64,000 bases of DNA from a candidate division WOR-3 bacterium (GTDB taxonomy: Bacteria > Hydrothermota > Hydrothermia > B15-G9): NCBI GenBank assembly GCA_015489175.1, contig WGAI01000008.1, forward strand, positions 2,457-66,456, read 5' to 3'. Both the position numbers and the translations under genes were made by a program. This document shows, piece after piece, positions 25,795 through 34,653 of the stretch. The notes beneath the pieces were generated by a model. It did no database searches and was not told the origin of the DNA. It was given only the letters and a program-made list of their open reading frames with translations. Numbering within the stretch: position 1 is the first letter of the stretch; every line of letters begins with the position of its first letter.

Positions 25795-26913
25795 CTACTT
25801 TCCAACGACATAAGGTTTAATAGCATCGACTTTTGCACTGAGCGAAGGGACGAAAGCGGCGATCGTCAAGAGCAGCAGGAATCCCACAAGCACAGCCTTC
25901 ATGACATCCTGTCCCTTTATCGTGGCCGTAAGCCTCGGATCTTTTGCGAGGTAAGCACCAGCAGCGTAAAGCTCTTCACCCATCAGGGTGTAGTCACAAG
26001 CAGTTACAAAGAACGGCAGCTGAGATATGGCATCGGTGCCAGCGATCTGGATGGCGCCTGTCGCGGCTCCGGTCTCTGCAAGAATCAATGACTCTGCGAA
26101 GAAGTAGCCCATGAAGAAGTTGGTAGCCGTCTTTTCACGAACCATTATTCCGGATACGCCTGCGGCATAAGCGAACTGCCTCTGAGTCAGGAAGAATACA
26201 TCCTCACTTTTGAACAGATCTGGCCTGCCCGCTGCGGTGTAAGCATCCTTAACCACCTCACGCGCAACCGTGTAAACGATAGGATCGTAAACAGGAACGA
26301 TGATCCTTGTCTCATAAGCTGCCACTTTTTTCGTGATGTAAGCGAGGATGTTGAGCGCTGCGATAGTCGAAACATCGGTCACACCGAGCAGTCCGGTAGA
26401 GTATAGGATTGGCCGTCCCATCTCGGTGGCACGCCCAATGGCATTATCCACTTCCGCAAGCCCGGCTATAGGCCTCAAATATAACTCCTGGCCCTTCTGA
26501 GCTTTCGACATATAGGAAAGCAGGATTGCAATGTAGAAGATCGCGAGGAGGAGCAGGAACAGCTTTTTCTTGTTGAAAAGCGACGCCTTTGGTATAACGC
26601 TGTTGGAGACAGTTTGAGTTACGAACTTACCGGTCTTAGTGTTGACCAACACATAGTATCTAACGGGCATGGTATCAGACAATTCCCGATCACCAAGTCT
26701 TATAACGGTGTCCTTCACCTCACCTACATAAATGTCTTTCTTGACACCGTTATCCTCAATCCTGGTGATCCGCATAATGTCACCGATAAGTGAATTATCC
26801 AGTTTGACAATAATCTGCGTTCTGCCCCCCCCGTCGTCAGGCACATCGCGAGCCTTGACGGAGAGTTTGCTATTGGCCCCTGTCAGAAGGAGCAGTAATA
26901 CAAGCTTCACCAT
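25795..26913 (-). CDS. Module A subunit 1: signal peptide, FN3-like domain, TM, DUF6754-like domain, TM
   Basis: ARDVPDDGGG; LRPIAGL.EVDNAIGRATEMGRP; AESLILAETG; MGEELYAAGAYL. Paralog of 21351..22490. Confidence 0.85.
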   Translation of the reverse strand: MVKLVLLLLLTGANSKLSVKARDVPDDGGGRTQIIVKLDNSLIGDIMRITRIEDNGVKKDIYVGEVKDTVIRLGDRELSDTMPVRYYVLVNTKTGKFVTQTVSNSVIPKASLFNKKKLFLLLLAIFYIAILLSYMSKAQKGQELYLRPIAGLAEVDNAIGRATEMGRPILYSTGLLGVTDVSTIAALNILAYITKKVAAYETRIIVPVYDPIVYTVAREVVKDAYTAAGRPDLFKSEDVFFLTQRQFAYAAGVSGIMVREKTATNFFMGYFFAESLILAETGAATGAIQIAGTDAISQLPFFVTACDYTLMGEELYAAGAYLAKDPRLTATIKGQDVMKAVLVGFLLLLTIAAFVPSLSAKVDAIKPYVVGK

Positions 26914-26945
26914 AGCTTAAGCTCCTTGTTTTTTCTTTAAATTAA

Positions 26946-26973
26946 CAAAAAAACCGCCCCAGCAAGCGGCGTT
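26946..26973 (-). terminator. Probable intrinsic terminator after the EF-G paralog/lipoprotein pair
   Basis: Minus strand gccgc-ttgctggg-gcggt followed by a long U-run. Confidence 0.6.
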
Positions 26974-26986
26974 ACAGTCGAAAAGG

Positions 26987-27403
26987 TCAATACACAGCTC
27001 TGACGACAGCTTGGGGAGTTATGATTCTGCCGCTCTTGCCGTCAAATTCGTAATCTATCACGACCTCCACGGTGTCATTAGGCTGCAATTGAAGATTGTA
27101 GATGTGCAGCTCGTTGGCGCTCGTGATCTCCCATTTGGCAAGGGAATCCTCAACTTCCGTCCCGTTGATAACAAAACTAATGCCCCTGAGCCGAACCTTG
27201 TTCAGCATATCTTCAGGGGCATTTGAAAGGTCAAAAGAAATCAGAATGTGACCTTTCCGAGCAGATAGAGTGTCGAAGGTGGGCATGAGGTTAACCCACG
27301 CCTCGACACTCTGTATATTCGCTTTTTTCCCGTTAAAGCATGACACGGCAGTTAGAACAACAACCAATATTGCAATCCCAATGGCTCTAAGCCTGAACCT
27401 CAC
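26987..27403 (-). CDS. Hypothetical lipoprotein
   Basis: Signal peptide with lipobox TAVS-C; start overlaps the stop of the EF-G paralog. Confidence 0.7.
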   Translation of the reverse strand: MRFRLRAIGIAILVVVLTAVSCFNGKKANIQSVEAWVNLMPTFDTLSARKGHILISFDLSNAPEDMLNKVRLRGISFVINGTEVEDSLAKWEITSANELHIYNLQLQPNDTVEVVIDYEFDGKSGRIITPQAVVRAVY

Positions 27404-29442
27404 TTCTCCTCCTCGTCTCTCTTCGTAAGTTCCTCAACGATTTTCTGAGCGATTTCACGAGGCACCTCATCATAATGAGAGAACCTCATTGTAAATACGC
27501 CTCTACCCTTTGTTATTGAACGCAATGTCGAGGAATATTTGTAAAGCTCTGCGAGCGGCACATGGGCCTTGATCTTCTGCATCTTGCCCGCCGCTTCCAT
27601 GCCAAGTATCCTGCCCCTTCTTGCGTTCAGGTCTCCGATCACATCTCCCATGTATTCGTCGGGCACAACAACCTCAACTTCATAGACAGGCTCCAGAAGG
27701 TATGGATCAGCCTTTCCCTCCGCATCTTTGAATGCGAGCGAACCGGCGACCTCAAATGCGAAGTTGGACGAATCCACCGGATGGTATTTTCCGTCGTAGA
27801 GTATCACTTTCACATCGACGACTTTCGCGCCAAGCACTCCCTTTTCCATCGCCTTCTTGACACCAAGTTCAACCGAGGGGATGTAGCTCTTGGGAATGGC
27901 GCCACCGAAGATCTGGTCTTCGAACTCAAATCCTCCGCCGCGTGGCAGAGGCTCGATCTTTATGTAACACACGCCATACTGACCTCTACCGCCTGTCTGC
28001 TTGACAAACCTGCCCATCCCCTGAGACGGCTTACGGATCGTCTCGCGGTAAGGGATTTTAGGCTTAGCCGTATCTACCGAGACATTGAACTTATCGCGCA
28101 ACTTGGAGATTATCACATCAAGGTGCTGTTCACCGAGCCCGTATATCAGCGTTTGATGTAGCTCTGTATCGTATTTGAACACAAATGTCGGGTCCTCATC
28201 GTGTAGTTTTGCAAGTCCTTCTGATACCTTTTCTTCATCCTCACGCGATTTGGGTATTATGGCAACCGATGTCAGCGGCTCAGGGAACTCAATCCCTTCA
28301 AGCACAACAGGGAAATCTTTGGATGTGAGTGTATGCCCGGTCTTGGTCTCCTTAAGTTTAACGAGCGCGCCAATCATGCCCGCAATGAGCCCATCCGTCT
28401 CTTTGCGCTCACGCCCGCGAATAAGATATATCTGATTGACCTTTTCAGTCCTGCCGAGATTGGCGTTCAAAACCTCTGTGCCGGGCTCAAGTTTTCCAGA
28501 GAACATGCGGATGAAATAGAGCTCGCCAACATGAAGCTCTGAGAATGTCTTGAACACGAAGGCGACCATTGAGCTGTCGGGATCGGCAATGATCTCGACC
28601 TCTTCATCGCCTTTTTTGCCAATTTCAGGCCTGAGATCGGCAGGCGATGCACCGAATTCGGCTATGAAATTGAGGAGTTCCTCAACACCGATGAGGTCTT
28701 TGGCCTCTCCGAACAGGACAGGGATGATGTTTCCACTCACTATGCCCTGACGGAGTGTTGAATTAAATTCCTCCTTCGAGATCTCTTCGCCCTCGAAGTA
28801 TTTTTCCATCAGCTCCTCCGAGAGCTCGATGACCGACTCCTTGAGTTCCTCCATCCGTGCCTCTGCTTCATCCCTGAGCTCGTCGGGAAGTTCGGAGGGA
28901 TCGCCGTTCAAAAGGTCAAAAACGCCCTTGAAATCAGGGCCTGAACCTATCGGAATCTGGAACGGGACAACTTCGTTCCCAAAAGTTTCTTTGAGTTCAC
29001 TCACCACCTGATCGAGATTTATGTCAGGCGTCTTACATTTGTTGATGAAGATTATGCGAGGCAAGCTCCTCTTGTTTGCTGCCTCCCAGTATTTCTCTGT
29101 CCCCACCTCGACGCCTGAAGCTGCATCGACGACCACTACCGCGTTATCGACCACACGAAGCGCGGCATAGACCTCGCCTGCGAAATCCAGATACCCGGGA
29201 GTATCAACCATGTTCATCCATTTTTTGTTCCACTCGAAATAGCTAACTGCGAGGTTGATGGATACTTTTCTGCGCTGTTCTTCGGACGAGAAATCCAGCA
29301 TCGAATTGCCCTGATCCACGCTGCCGAGCCTGTTTGTGACCCCAGCCTTATAGAGAAGTGCCTCACCGAGAGATGTTTTTCCGGCTCCGCCATGTCCTAT
29401 AAATGCGAAATTCCTAATTTTATCAACACTAAGCCCCTTCAA
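27400..29442 (-). CDS. fusA: Elongation factor G paralog (EF-G II-like G domain, intact domain IV)
   Basis: GHGGAGKTSLGEALL, switch I RKVSI, DTPGYLDF, NKCK; domain IV FVKQTGGRGQYG, GGAIPKSYIPSV, DGKYHPVDSS; domain V VPLAELYKY...LRS.T.GRG. TTG start with SD AGGAGG. Confidence 0.92.
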   Translation of the reverse strand: MKGLSVDKIRNFAFIGHGGAGKTSLGEALLYKAGVTNRLGSVDQGNSMLDFSSEEQRRKVSINLAVSYFEWNKKWMNMVDTPGYLDFAGEVYAALRVVDNAVVVVDAASGVEVGTEKYWEAANKRSLPRIIFINKCKTPDINLDQVVSELKETFGNEVVPFQIPIGSGPDFKGVFDLLNGDPSELPDELRDEAEARMEELKESVIELSEELMEKYFEGEEISKEEFNSTLRQGIVSGNIIPVLFGEAKDLIGVEELLNFIAEFGASPADLRPEIGKKGDEEVEIIADPDSSMVAFVFKTFSELHVGELYFIRMFSGKLEPGTEVLNANLGRTEKVNQIYLIRGRERKETDGLIAGMIGALVKLKETKTGHTLTSKDFPVVLEGIEFPEPLTSVAIIPKSREDEEKVSEGLAKLHDEDPTFVFKYDTELHQTLIYGLGEQHLDVIISKLRDKFNVSVDTAKPKIPYRETIRKPSQGMGRFVKQTGGRGQYGVCYIKIEPLPRGGGFEFEDQIFGGAIPKSYIPSVELGVKKAMEKGVLGAKVVDVKVILYDGKYHPVDSSNFAFEVAGSLAFKDAEGKADPYLLEPVYEVEVVVPDEYMGDVIGDLNARRGRILGMEAAGKMQKIKAHVPLAELYKYSSTLRSITKGRGVFTMRFSHYDEVPREIAQKIVEELTKRDEEEK

Positions 29443-29500
29443 GACAGTTCCTCCTTTTCTAAATTCAATTTATTCAAGTTTCTTTGCGGAAGATTGCAAC

Positions 29501-29530
29501 ATTATAAGGAAATTACTGGAAATGTGTCAA
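29501..29530 (-). promoter_or_regulatory. Consensus sigma70 promoter of the EF-G paralog
   Basis: Minus strand TTGACA-18 nt-TATAAT. Confidence 0.8.
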
Positions 29531-29582
29531 GCAGTCGGGTGCATTTATCTCCGTGGAATTCAACAAATTAGGAAAGTTTGAA

Positions 29583-29664
29583 TGCGAGGGGCGGGACTTG
29601 AACCCGCACGGGAATCCCCACCAGATCCTAAATCTGGCGCGTCTGCCTGTTCCGCCACCCTCGC
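29583..29664 (-). tRNA. tRNA-Leu(TAG)
   Basis: GCGAGGG acceptor stem, anticodon arm CCAGA-TT TAG GA-TCTGG, long variable arm, GGTTCAAGTCC T-arm; CCA not encoded. Confidence 0.95.
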
Positions 29665-29684
29665 AGAGAGGGGATAAAAAGAAA

Positions 29685-29757
29685 TGGAGCCGGTGGGATT
29701 CGAACCCACGACCCTCAGACTGCCAGCCTGATGCTCTCCCAGCTGAGCTACGGCCCC
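29685..29757 (-). tRNA. tRNA-Ala(GGC)
   Basis: GGGGCCG/CGGCTCC acceptor stem with G3:U70, anticodon GGC, TTCGAAT T-loop; CCA not encoded. Confidence 0.95.
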
Positions 29758-29773
29758 AAAATTTGCGAGGCAT

Positions 29774-29802
29774 ATTTTAATTGCTAAATCCGTTTTTTGC
29801 AA
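29774..29802 (-). promoter_or_regulatory. sigma70 promoter of the tRNA pair
   Basis: Minus strand TTGCAA-17 nt-TAAAAT just upstream of tRNA-Ala. Confidence 0.65.
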
Positions 29803-30077
29803 TAGGGCAAATTATATCCTCGTAATGGTTTTGAGATAAATGGGATAGCACATAGACAATGAAAGTCGAAAATGGATAAGCCACTTTTTACAGGCAGGAA
29901 TTTTTATACTTCACAAAAGTCCAAAGCGAAGTTTTAATGAACGCAATATAAGTGGACAGTTTGCCCGTCTTTGGGTAAATTTGCAGGTGCCCCCCAACAC
30001 ATTACGCAACTTCAGGTGCAAACGGAACTCATAACCCCGAAGTGGGCTCTAAGGAGATGTCAAAAGGAGGTAGTCAG

Positions 30078-30521
30078 ATGTTCAACATAAGCACAATTCT
30101 CATAGCATTTGTCATCGGAGGTCGTGGGCTTGCAGCCCCACCCGTAATCGAAGAGCTTGGGTTGAGCGACGCTCAGGTGCAAAAAATCCAGCAGATACAC
30201 ACGAAGTATCAGGAGCAGCGCATTGACCTGAGGTCACAGATAGCCAAGAAAAGGCTCCAACTGAGAACGCTCTGGATGGACAAAAATCCGGACATGAACA
30301 AGATCGAAAAACTCGTCAACGAGATCGGAAATCTGAGAACTCAACTGATGCTGGTCGGTACGAGGGAGCGCAATGAGATAAGGAATGTCCTCACTGATGA
30401 GCAGTTCGAGAAATGGCAGAAAATCAGATGGACCATGCGTAGGCCACCAATGCCTGACGGCATGAGGAGATACGGAGCTCCTTCGGGCGATATGCACAGA
30501 AGGGCACATCGTAGGTGGTAA
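30078..30521 (+). CDS. Spy/CpxP family periplasmic protein
   Basis: Signal-like N-terminus; LGLSDAQ..KI and VLTDEQ (LTXXQ-like) motifs; SD AAGGAGG before ATG 30078. Confidence 0.8.
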   Translation: MFNISTILIAFVIGGRGLAAPPVIEELGLSDAQVQKIQQIHTKYQEQRIDLRSQIAKKRLQLRTLWMDKNPDMNKIEKLVNEIGNLRTQLMLVGTRERNEIRNVLTDEQFEKWQKIRWTMRRPPMPDGMRRYGAPSGDMHRRAHRRW

Positions 30522-30530
30522 TAAAAGGAA

Positions 30531-30555
30531 GTGCGGCGGCCTTCGGCCGCCGCAC
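30531..30555. terminator. Hairpin between convergent genes (probable bidirectional terminator)
   Basis: gtgcggcggc-cttcg-gccgccgcac, a perfect stem with a cUUCGg-type loop. Confidence 0.75.
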
Positions 30556-30583
30556 ACATAACCATCCATCTATTGTGCTTCCC

Positions 30584-32083
30584 TTACTCCATGTCCTCCC
30601 ATGTATCAATCTGAGCCTTCTGGAGCTTCCCTGAGAAGTCGATGTAAACGGTCTTCCACTCAGTGAAGATCTCGTAAACCGTCCAGCCGCCCTCACGGTG
30701 GCCGTTGCCGGTCGATTTCACGCCGCCGAACGGCAGATGACACTCGGCTCCGATGGTCGGTGCGTTGACATAGGTAATTCCAGCCTCAAGCTCATTGATG
30801 GCACGCATAGCCTCACGCAGATCTCTGGTGTAAATGGATGACGAAAGTCCGTATTTCACGCCGTTTGCGACCTCGAACGCCTCATCAAGCGATTTCACCT
30901 TGATGACGGACACAACAGGCCCAAAGATCTCTTCCTGGGCGATCCTCATGTCAGGTTTAACACCCTCGAAGATGGTAGGCTCGAAGAACCAGCCTTTGGC
31001 ATACTCACCATCGGTGAGCCTGTGGCCACCAAGCGTCAGGTGAGCGCCTTCCTCCTGCCCGATCCTCACATACATCTCGATCTTGCGGAGCTGTGCCTCG
31101 TTGATTACGGGGCCAACCTCAACGCTCTCGTCCAGTCCGTTTCCGATCTTAAGCCCTTTGGCCCTTTCGATGAACCTGTGCATGAACTCATCGTAGATGT
31201 CCTCGTGGATGATGAGCCTTGATGTCGCCGTGCACCTCTGGCCAGTGGTGCCGAAAGCCCCCCAGAGTGCACCATCGACAGCGAGATCAACATCAGCCGA
31301 AGGCATGACTATCTGCGGGTTCTTGCCGCCGAGCTCAAGAGATACCTTCTTGAGATGCTTACCGGCTACTTCTGCGATCCTCGAACCGATCTCTATCGAA
31401 CCCGTGAAAGCGACAACCCCGATGTCGGGATGGTTGAGTATCGCCTCGCCGACTTCGGCGCCTGTGCCAGTGACAATGTTGAGCACTCCCGGAGGCAGAC
31501 CAGCTTCCTCAAAAATCTTGACGAACTCGACTGCGCAGGCTGGTGTGTCCGTAGCAGGCTTGAACACGACCGTGTTTCCGGCAAGCAGGGCAGGGAAAAT
31601 CTTCCATGCAGGTATCGCAATCGGGAAGTTCCACGGCGTTATCAGTCCGGCTATCCCAACAGGCAGCCTGAATGTAAGCGCCAGCTTATCGGGCAGCTCA
31701 CTCGGTGCATTCTGGCTGAACAGACGCCTGCCCTCGCCAAATGCATAAAACCCGGTGTCGATGCCTTCCTGAACATCGCCGCGCGTCTCCTTGAGCACCT
31801 TACCCATCTCTCTCGTCATCAGGCGCGCAAGCTCCTCCTTCCGCTCGACAAGGATCTCGGTAGCCCTGCGCAGGATTTCGCCACGCTTGGGTGCCGGTAT
31901 CTTCTTCCACTTCGGGAACGCCTTTTTTGCAGCTTCGACAGCCTCAGCGACATCCTCTTTCGTGGACTTCGGGAAGGTGCCGATCACTTCCTCCCAGTTA
32001 GCAGGATTGCGGCTCTCAAATCTCTTGCCGCTTTTCGACTCCACCCATTTGCCGCCTATGTAATTTTTGTATTCCCTTGACAT
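30584..32083 (-). CDS. NAD(P)-dependent aldehyde dehydrogenase
   Basis: ITPWNFP, GNTVVFKPA, FTGS, catalytic LELGGKNP and GQRCTA, EEIFGPV, PFGGVKSTG. Confidence 0.95.
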   Translation of the reverse strand: MSREYKNYIGGKWVESKSGKRFESRNPANWEEVIGTFPKSTKEDVAEAVEAAKKAFPKWKKIPAPKRGEILRRATEILVERKEELARLMTREMGKVLKETRGDVQEGIDTGFYAFGEGRRLFSQNAPSELPDKLALTFRLPVGIAGLITPWNFPIAIPAWKIFPALLAGNTVVFKPATDTPACAVEFVKIFEEAGLPPGVLNIVTGTGAEVGEAILNHPDIGVVAFTGSIEIGSRIAEVAGKHLKKVSLELGGKNPQIVMPSADVDLAVDGALWGAFGTTGQRCTATSRLIIHEDIYDEFMHRFIERAKGLKIGNGLDESVEVGPVINEAQLRKIEMYVRIGQEEGAHLTLGGHRLTDGEYAKGWFFEPTIFEGVKPDMRIAQEEIFGPVVSVIKVKSLDEAFEVANGVKYGLSSSIYTRDLREAMRAINELEAGITYVNAPTIGAECHLPFGGVKSTGNGHREGGWTVYEIFTEWKTVYIDFSGKLQKAQIDTWEDME

Positions 32084-32109
32084 CTCAGTTCCTCCTCATT
32101 TTGTTGGCC

Positions 32110-32379
32110 CTATGAAGCCTTCTTCAAAATCTCAATGCTCGTGACAAGTGCCCAAACCCATGCACCAAGAACCAGAAGATAGCCTATCAATATGATGGAC
32201 AACACAATTCCAACCACATACAGGACAAGCTGATAGATACCGGTTTGCTTGTATTCAGGGCCAGCTATAAGGGTGCCAACTCCAGGGATAACAAGGTTTA
32301 AAATCAGAATGCCAACAGCCAGGCCGCTTGATATACCATCTCTCCTCTCAACATCCCCACCATTTGCAGGTTCATTCAT
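32110..32379 (-). CDS. Small hypothetical membrane protein
   Basis: Hydrophobic, NLVIPGVGTLIAG motif; SD GGAGG; in operon with the two-component pair. Confidence 0.7.
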   Translation of the reverse strand: MNEPANGGDVERRDGISSGLAVGILILNLVIPGVGTLIAGPEYKQTGIYQLVLYVVGIVLSIILIGYLLVLGAWVWALVTSIEILKKAS

Positions 32380-32408
32380 AGGCTCATAACCTCCCTTTAA
32401 AGTTTGAT

Positions 32409-32789
32409 TTATCTGTATTTTTTGTTAAGCAATTTCTTTATCTGCATCTTAAGTTCCGATAAATCAGGTGATTTCACCACATAGGCATCTGCAAGCCACG
32501 ATGTGAAATCATCCTGATAAGACGAATATGCGGAACAGATTATCACGGGTATCTTGCGCTTCTCTTTGACAAGTTGTTGCAGGGTCTGGAGCCCGGATTC
32601 GCCTTTCATCTTTATGTCAAGCACGATAATATCGATATCCGGGTTCATCTCAACGATTTTTCTCCCTTCCTCTCCACTCTCGGCGAGAAGCACATCGTAG
32701 CCCTCTTTCTTGAACACAGTCTCATAAAGAAGCCTTATATTGGGATCATCATCGACAAACAGAATTTTGTTTTTTCTCTCCTCAGCCAT
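32409..32789 (-). CDS. Single-domain response regulator
   Basis: VDDDP, VLDIKM, SAY, YVVKS; overlaps the kinase stop. Confidence 0.92.
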   Translation of the reverse strand: MAEERKNKILFVDDDPNIRLLYETVFKKEGYDVLLAESGEEGRKIVEMNPDIDIIVLDIKMKGESGLQTLQQLVKEKRKIPVIICSAYSSYQDDFTSWLADAYVVKSPDLSELKMQIKKLLNKKYR

Positions 32790-34407
32790 TTTTATCTTCG
32801 CCTCCTTCCAATGGTAATTTTATAACAAAAGTTGCACCTTTGCCCTGTTCAGACGAGAACTCGATCCTTCCGCCATGAGCGTCCACAATCTTTTTGCAGC
32901 TCGGGAGGCCGAGCCCCGTCCCATCCTTTTTCGTCGTAAAAAATTCTTCAAAAATCCTATCCTTGACCTCCTCCTTCACACCCGCACCTGTGTCGGACAC
33001 GATTATCTCAACATAGGGCGGTGTCCATCTGGTTTTCAAAGTCAGCGTTCCGCCGCGCGGCATCGCTTCAATGGCGTTGTTTATGAGGTTGTCAATGCAG
33101 TTCTCAATCTGCACCAGATCCACAAATATGTGAGGCAAATTCGGGTCAATTTCCCATTTGATTCGCGTATTCGGCGGCAGAATTGCCCTCAGCTCATCTA
33201 TCTTTTTCTTGATTAGAGCATTGAGGTCCCACCAATCCTTTTCAAGGGAGAATTTTTCACGCAGTGCTTTGAGCGTCGAGTTCAACATCTGGGATAGCCT
33301 GTCTGCTTCTTCCTTGATCGCCTTGAGATGGCTATACATCGGATGGCTCTCGTCGATCGAATCGAGCATAAAATTCGCCAATCCGCCGATGACGGTGACC
33401 GGATTTTTGAAATCATGGGCGATTTGATGTAGGATCTCTCCGACCGCCAACATCTTCTCCATTCTCGTTATGGTCTCATGGTAATCTTTAAGTGCAACAT
33501 TCAACTTCTTGAGCTCATGGATGTTACGCTGAAGCTCCTCGTAGTAGATGGCTCGCTCTATCGCGATCGACCCCTGATAGGTCAAAACCTCAAGGAATTC
33601 GAGCTTACCTTTATCTATGGGCCGATTTGTGATGATGTTATCGGCGATCACAAGACCGACAGGTTTATCCCGCGATGTCAGCGGTGAAATGGCATATTCC
33701 GAGGAGCCTATGACCTCACCTATCTCCTTAAGCATCCCCTTTTGCGGATTTTTTATCCTCCTCGCCCTGTTGGACATCACTATGTTCCAGATGACCTCAT
33801 CGTGGAGAGGGACGATGAGCCGTTCGAGTATGTCAGAAAATTTCTCCCGTTCCTTCTCGAAAAGATTATCGGAGAACCTTGAGATCAGATCCTGAAGCGA
33901 GTTGTCTCCCAGTTCACTCCAGATTTTGGCCGCTTCCTCAGGCGTTCTTGGGCCAAGGGCAAAGAAACCGGTAAATACATCGCGCTCCTGATCATAAAGA
34001 AGGAGAAACGCCCTGTTGAAGGACGCTCCCTCCTTGCATGTTATGGCCACAAGCAGGATGTAAGCGACATTGGGCAGGCTTCGACCAGACTGAAGGGCTG
34101 CCAACACCTCGTGATACACCTCAAATCGGCTTGTGTGGAGGGTGATGAACTGGTGCATCCGCTCATATTCGCGGTTTCTGGCAGCAAGCTCGTCCAGCGC
34201 TATCCTCAGAATGTCAAGAATTTCGTTGTTCTCATCCAGATCGAGCTTTGAGATGTCATCGTAAAACTTCTTGCACTCAATACATCTGCGCCTCAGCCTT
34301 CTCTCTCGGTCACGAAGCAAATCCTCTTCTTCGGGAAGTATGAAAGGACATTCGCCGGGATCGAGAACTTCTTTTAGCCAGCAAAAATCGTCGTTGATGG
34401 TCGGCAT
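32782..34407 (-). CDS. Cytoplasmic GAF-sensor histidine kinase with N-terminal Cys motif
   Basis: GAF (FNRAFLLL.D...GLVIADN), H-box IAHDFKNP, NLINNAIEAM, SDTGAG, FFTTK.GTGLGL; no TM. Confidence 0.92.
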   Translation of the reverse strand: MPTINDDFCWLKEVLDPGECPFILPEEEDLLRDRERRLRRRCIECKKFYDDISKLDLDENNEILDILRIALDELAARNREYERMHQFITLHTSRFEVYHEVLAALQSGRSLPNVAYILLVAITCKEGASFNRAFLLLYDQERDVFTGFFALGPRTPEEAAKIWSELGDNSLQDLISRFSDNLFEKEREKFSDILERLIVPLHDEVIWNIVMSNRARRIKNPQKGMLKEIGEVIGSSEYAISPLTSRDKPVGLVIADNIITNRPIDKGKLEFLEVLTYQGSIAIERAIYYEELQRNIHELKKLNVALKDYHETITRMEKMLAVGEILHQIAHDFKNPVTVIGGLANFMLDSIDESHPMYSHLKAIKEEADRLSQMLNSTLKALREKFSLEKDWWDLNALIKKKIDELRAILPPNTRIKWEIDPNLPHIFVDLVQIENCIDNLINNAIEAMPRGGTLTLKTRWTPPYVEIIVSDTGAGVKEEVKDRIFEEFFTTKKDGTGLGLPSCKKIVDAHGGRIEFSSEQGKGATFVIKLPLEGGEDKNG

Positions 34408-34416
34408 TTGCGTTTT

Positions 34417-34446
34417 ATCTTAAGTTCAGATTGGAGGGGTTGTCAA
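34417..34446 (-). promoter_or_regulatory. sigma70 promoter of the kinase operon (near-leaderless)
   Basis: Minus strand TTGACA-18 nt-TAAGAT, 9 nt before the ATG; no SD. Confidence 0.6.
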
Positions 34447-34474
34447 GGAAACTAATTCTTCGCGAAACCACTAC

Positions 34475-34653
34475 AAAAAGCGGCATTCAGCCGCACCGAC
34501 TCAAGGGAACCCCATCTTCGGCTCAAATTTCTGTCCTTCTTGCCACCTCGAACTATCAGCCCGTAACTTTGCTCTACGGAGCACCAATCCGTGAGGGACA
34601 GCGCCGCAAAATCGAGGTCAGGTTATGCTCTCCGCCCAATCCCCTGTCGTTCC
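34475..34653 (-). ncRNA. ssrS: Probable 6S RNA
   Basis: About 180 nt with its own promoter (TTGAAA-18-TAAAGT, 34657..34686) and terminator (gcggc/gccgc + U5, 34475..34494). Folds by eye as one long rod: GGAAC/GUUCC closing stem, asymmetric central bubble, ACCUCGA/UCGAGGU stem, ACGGA/UCCGU apical stem. Confidence 0.55.

Noticed and set aside
29513-29802. ORFs 29513..29773, 29553..29780 and 29560..29802
   Set aside because: These are shadow translations of the tRNA-Ala and tRNA-Leu genes.
30007-30035. Possible ECF-sigma promoter (CAACTT-16-TCATA) before the Spy/CpxP gene
   Set aside because: The match is too degenerate to support without the cognate sigma factor.
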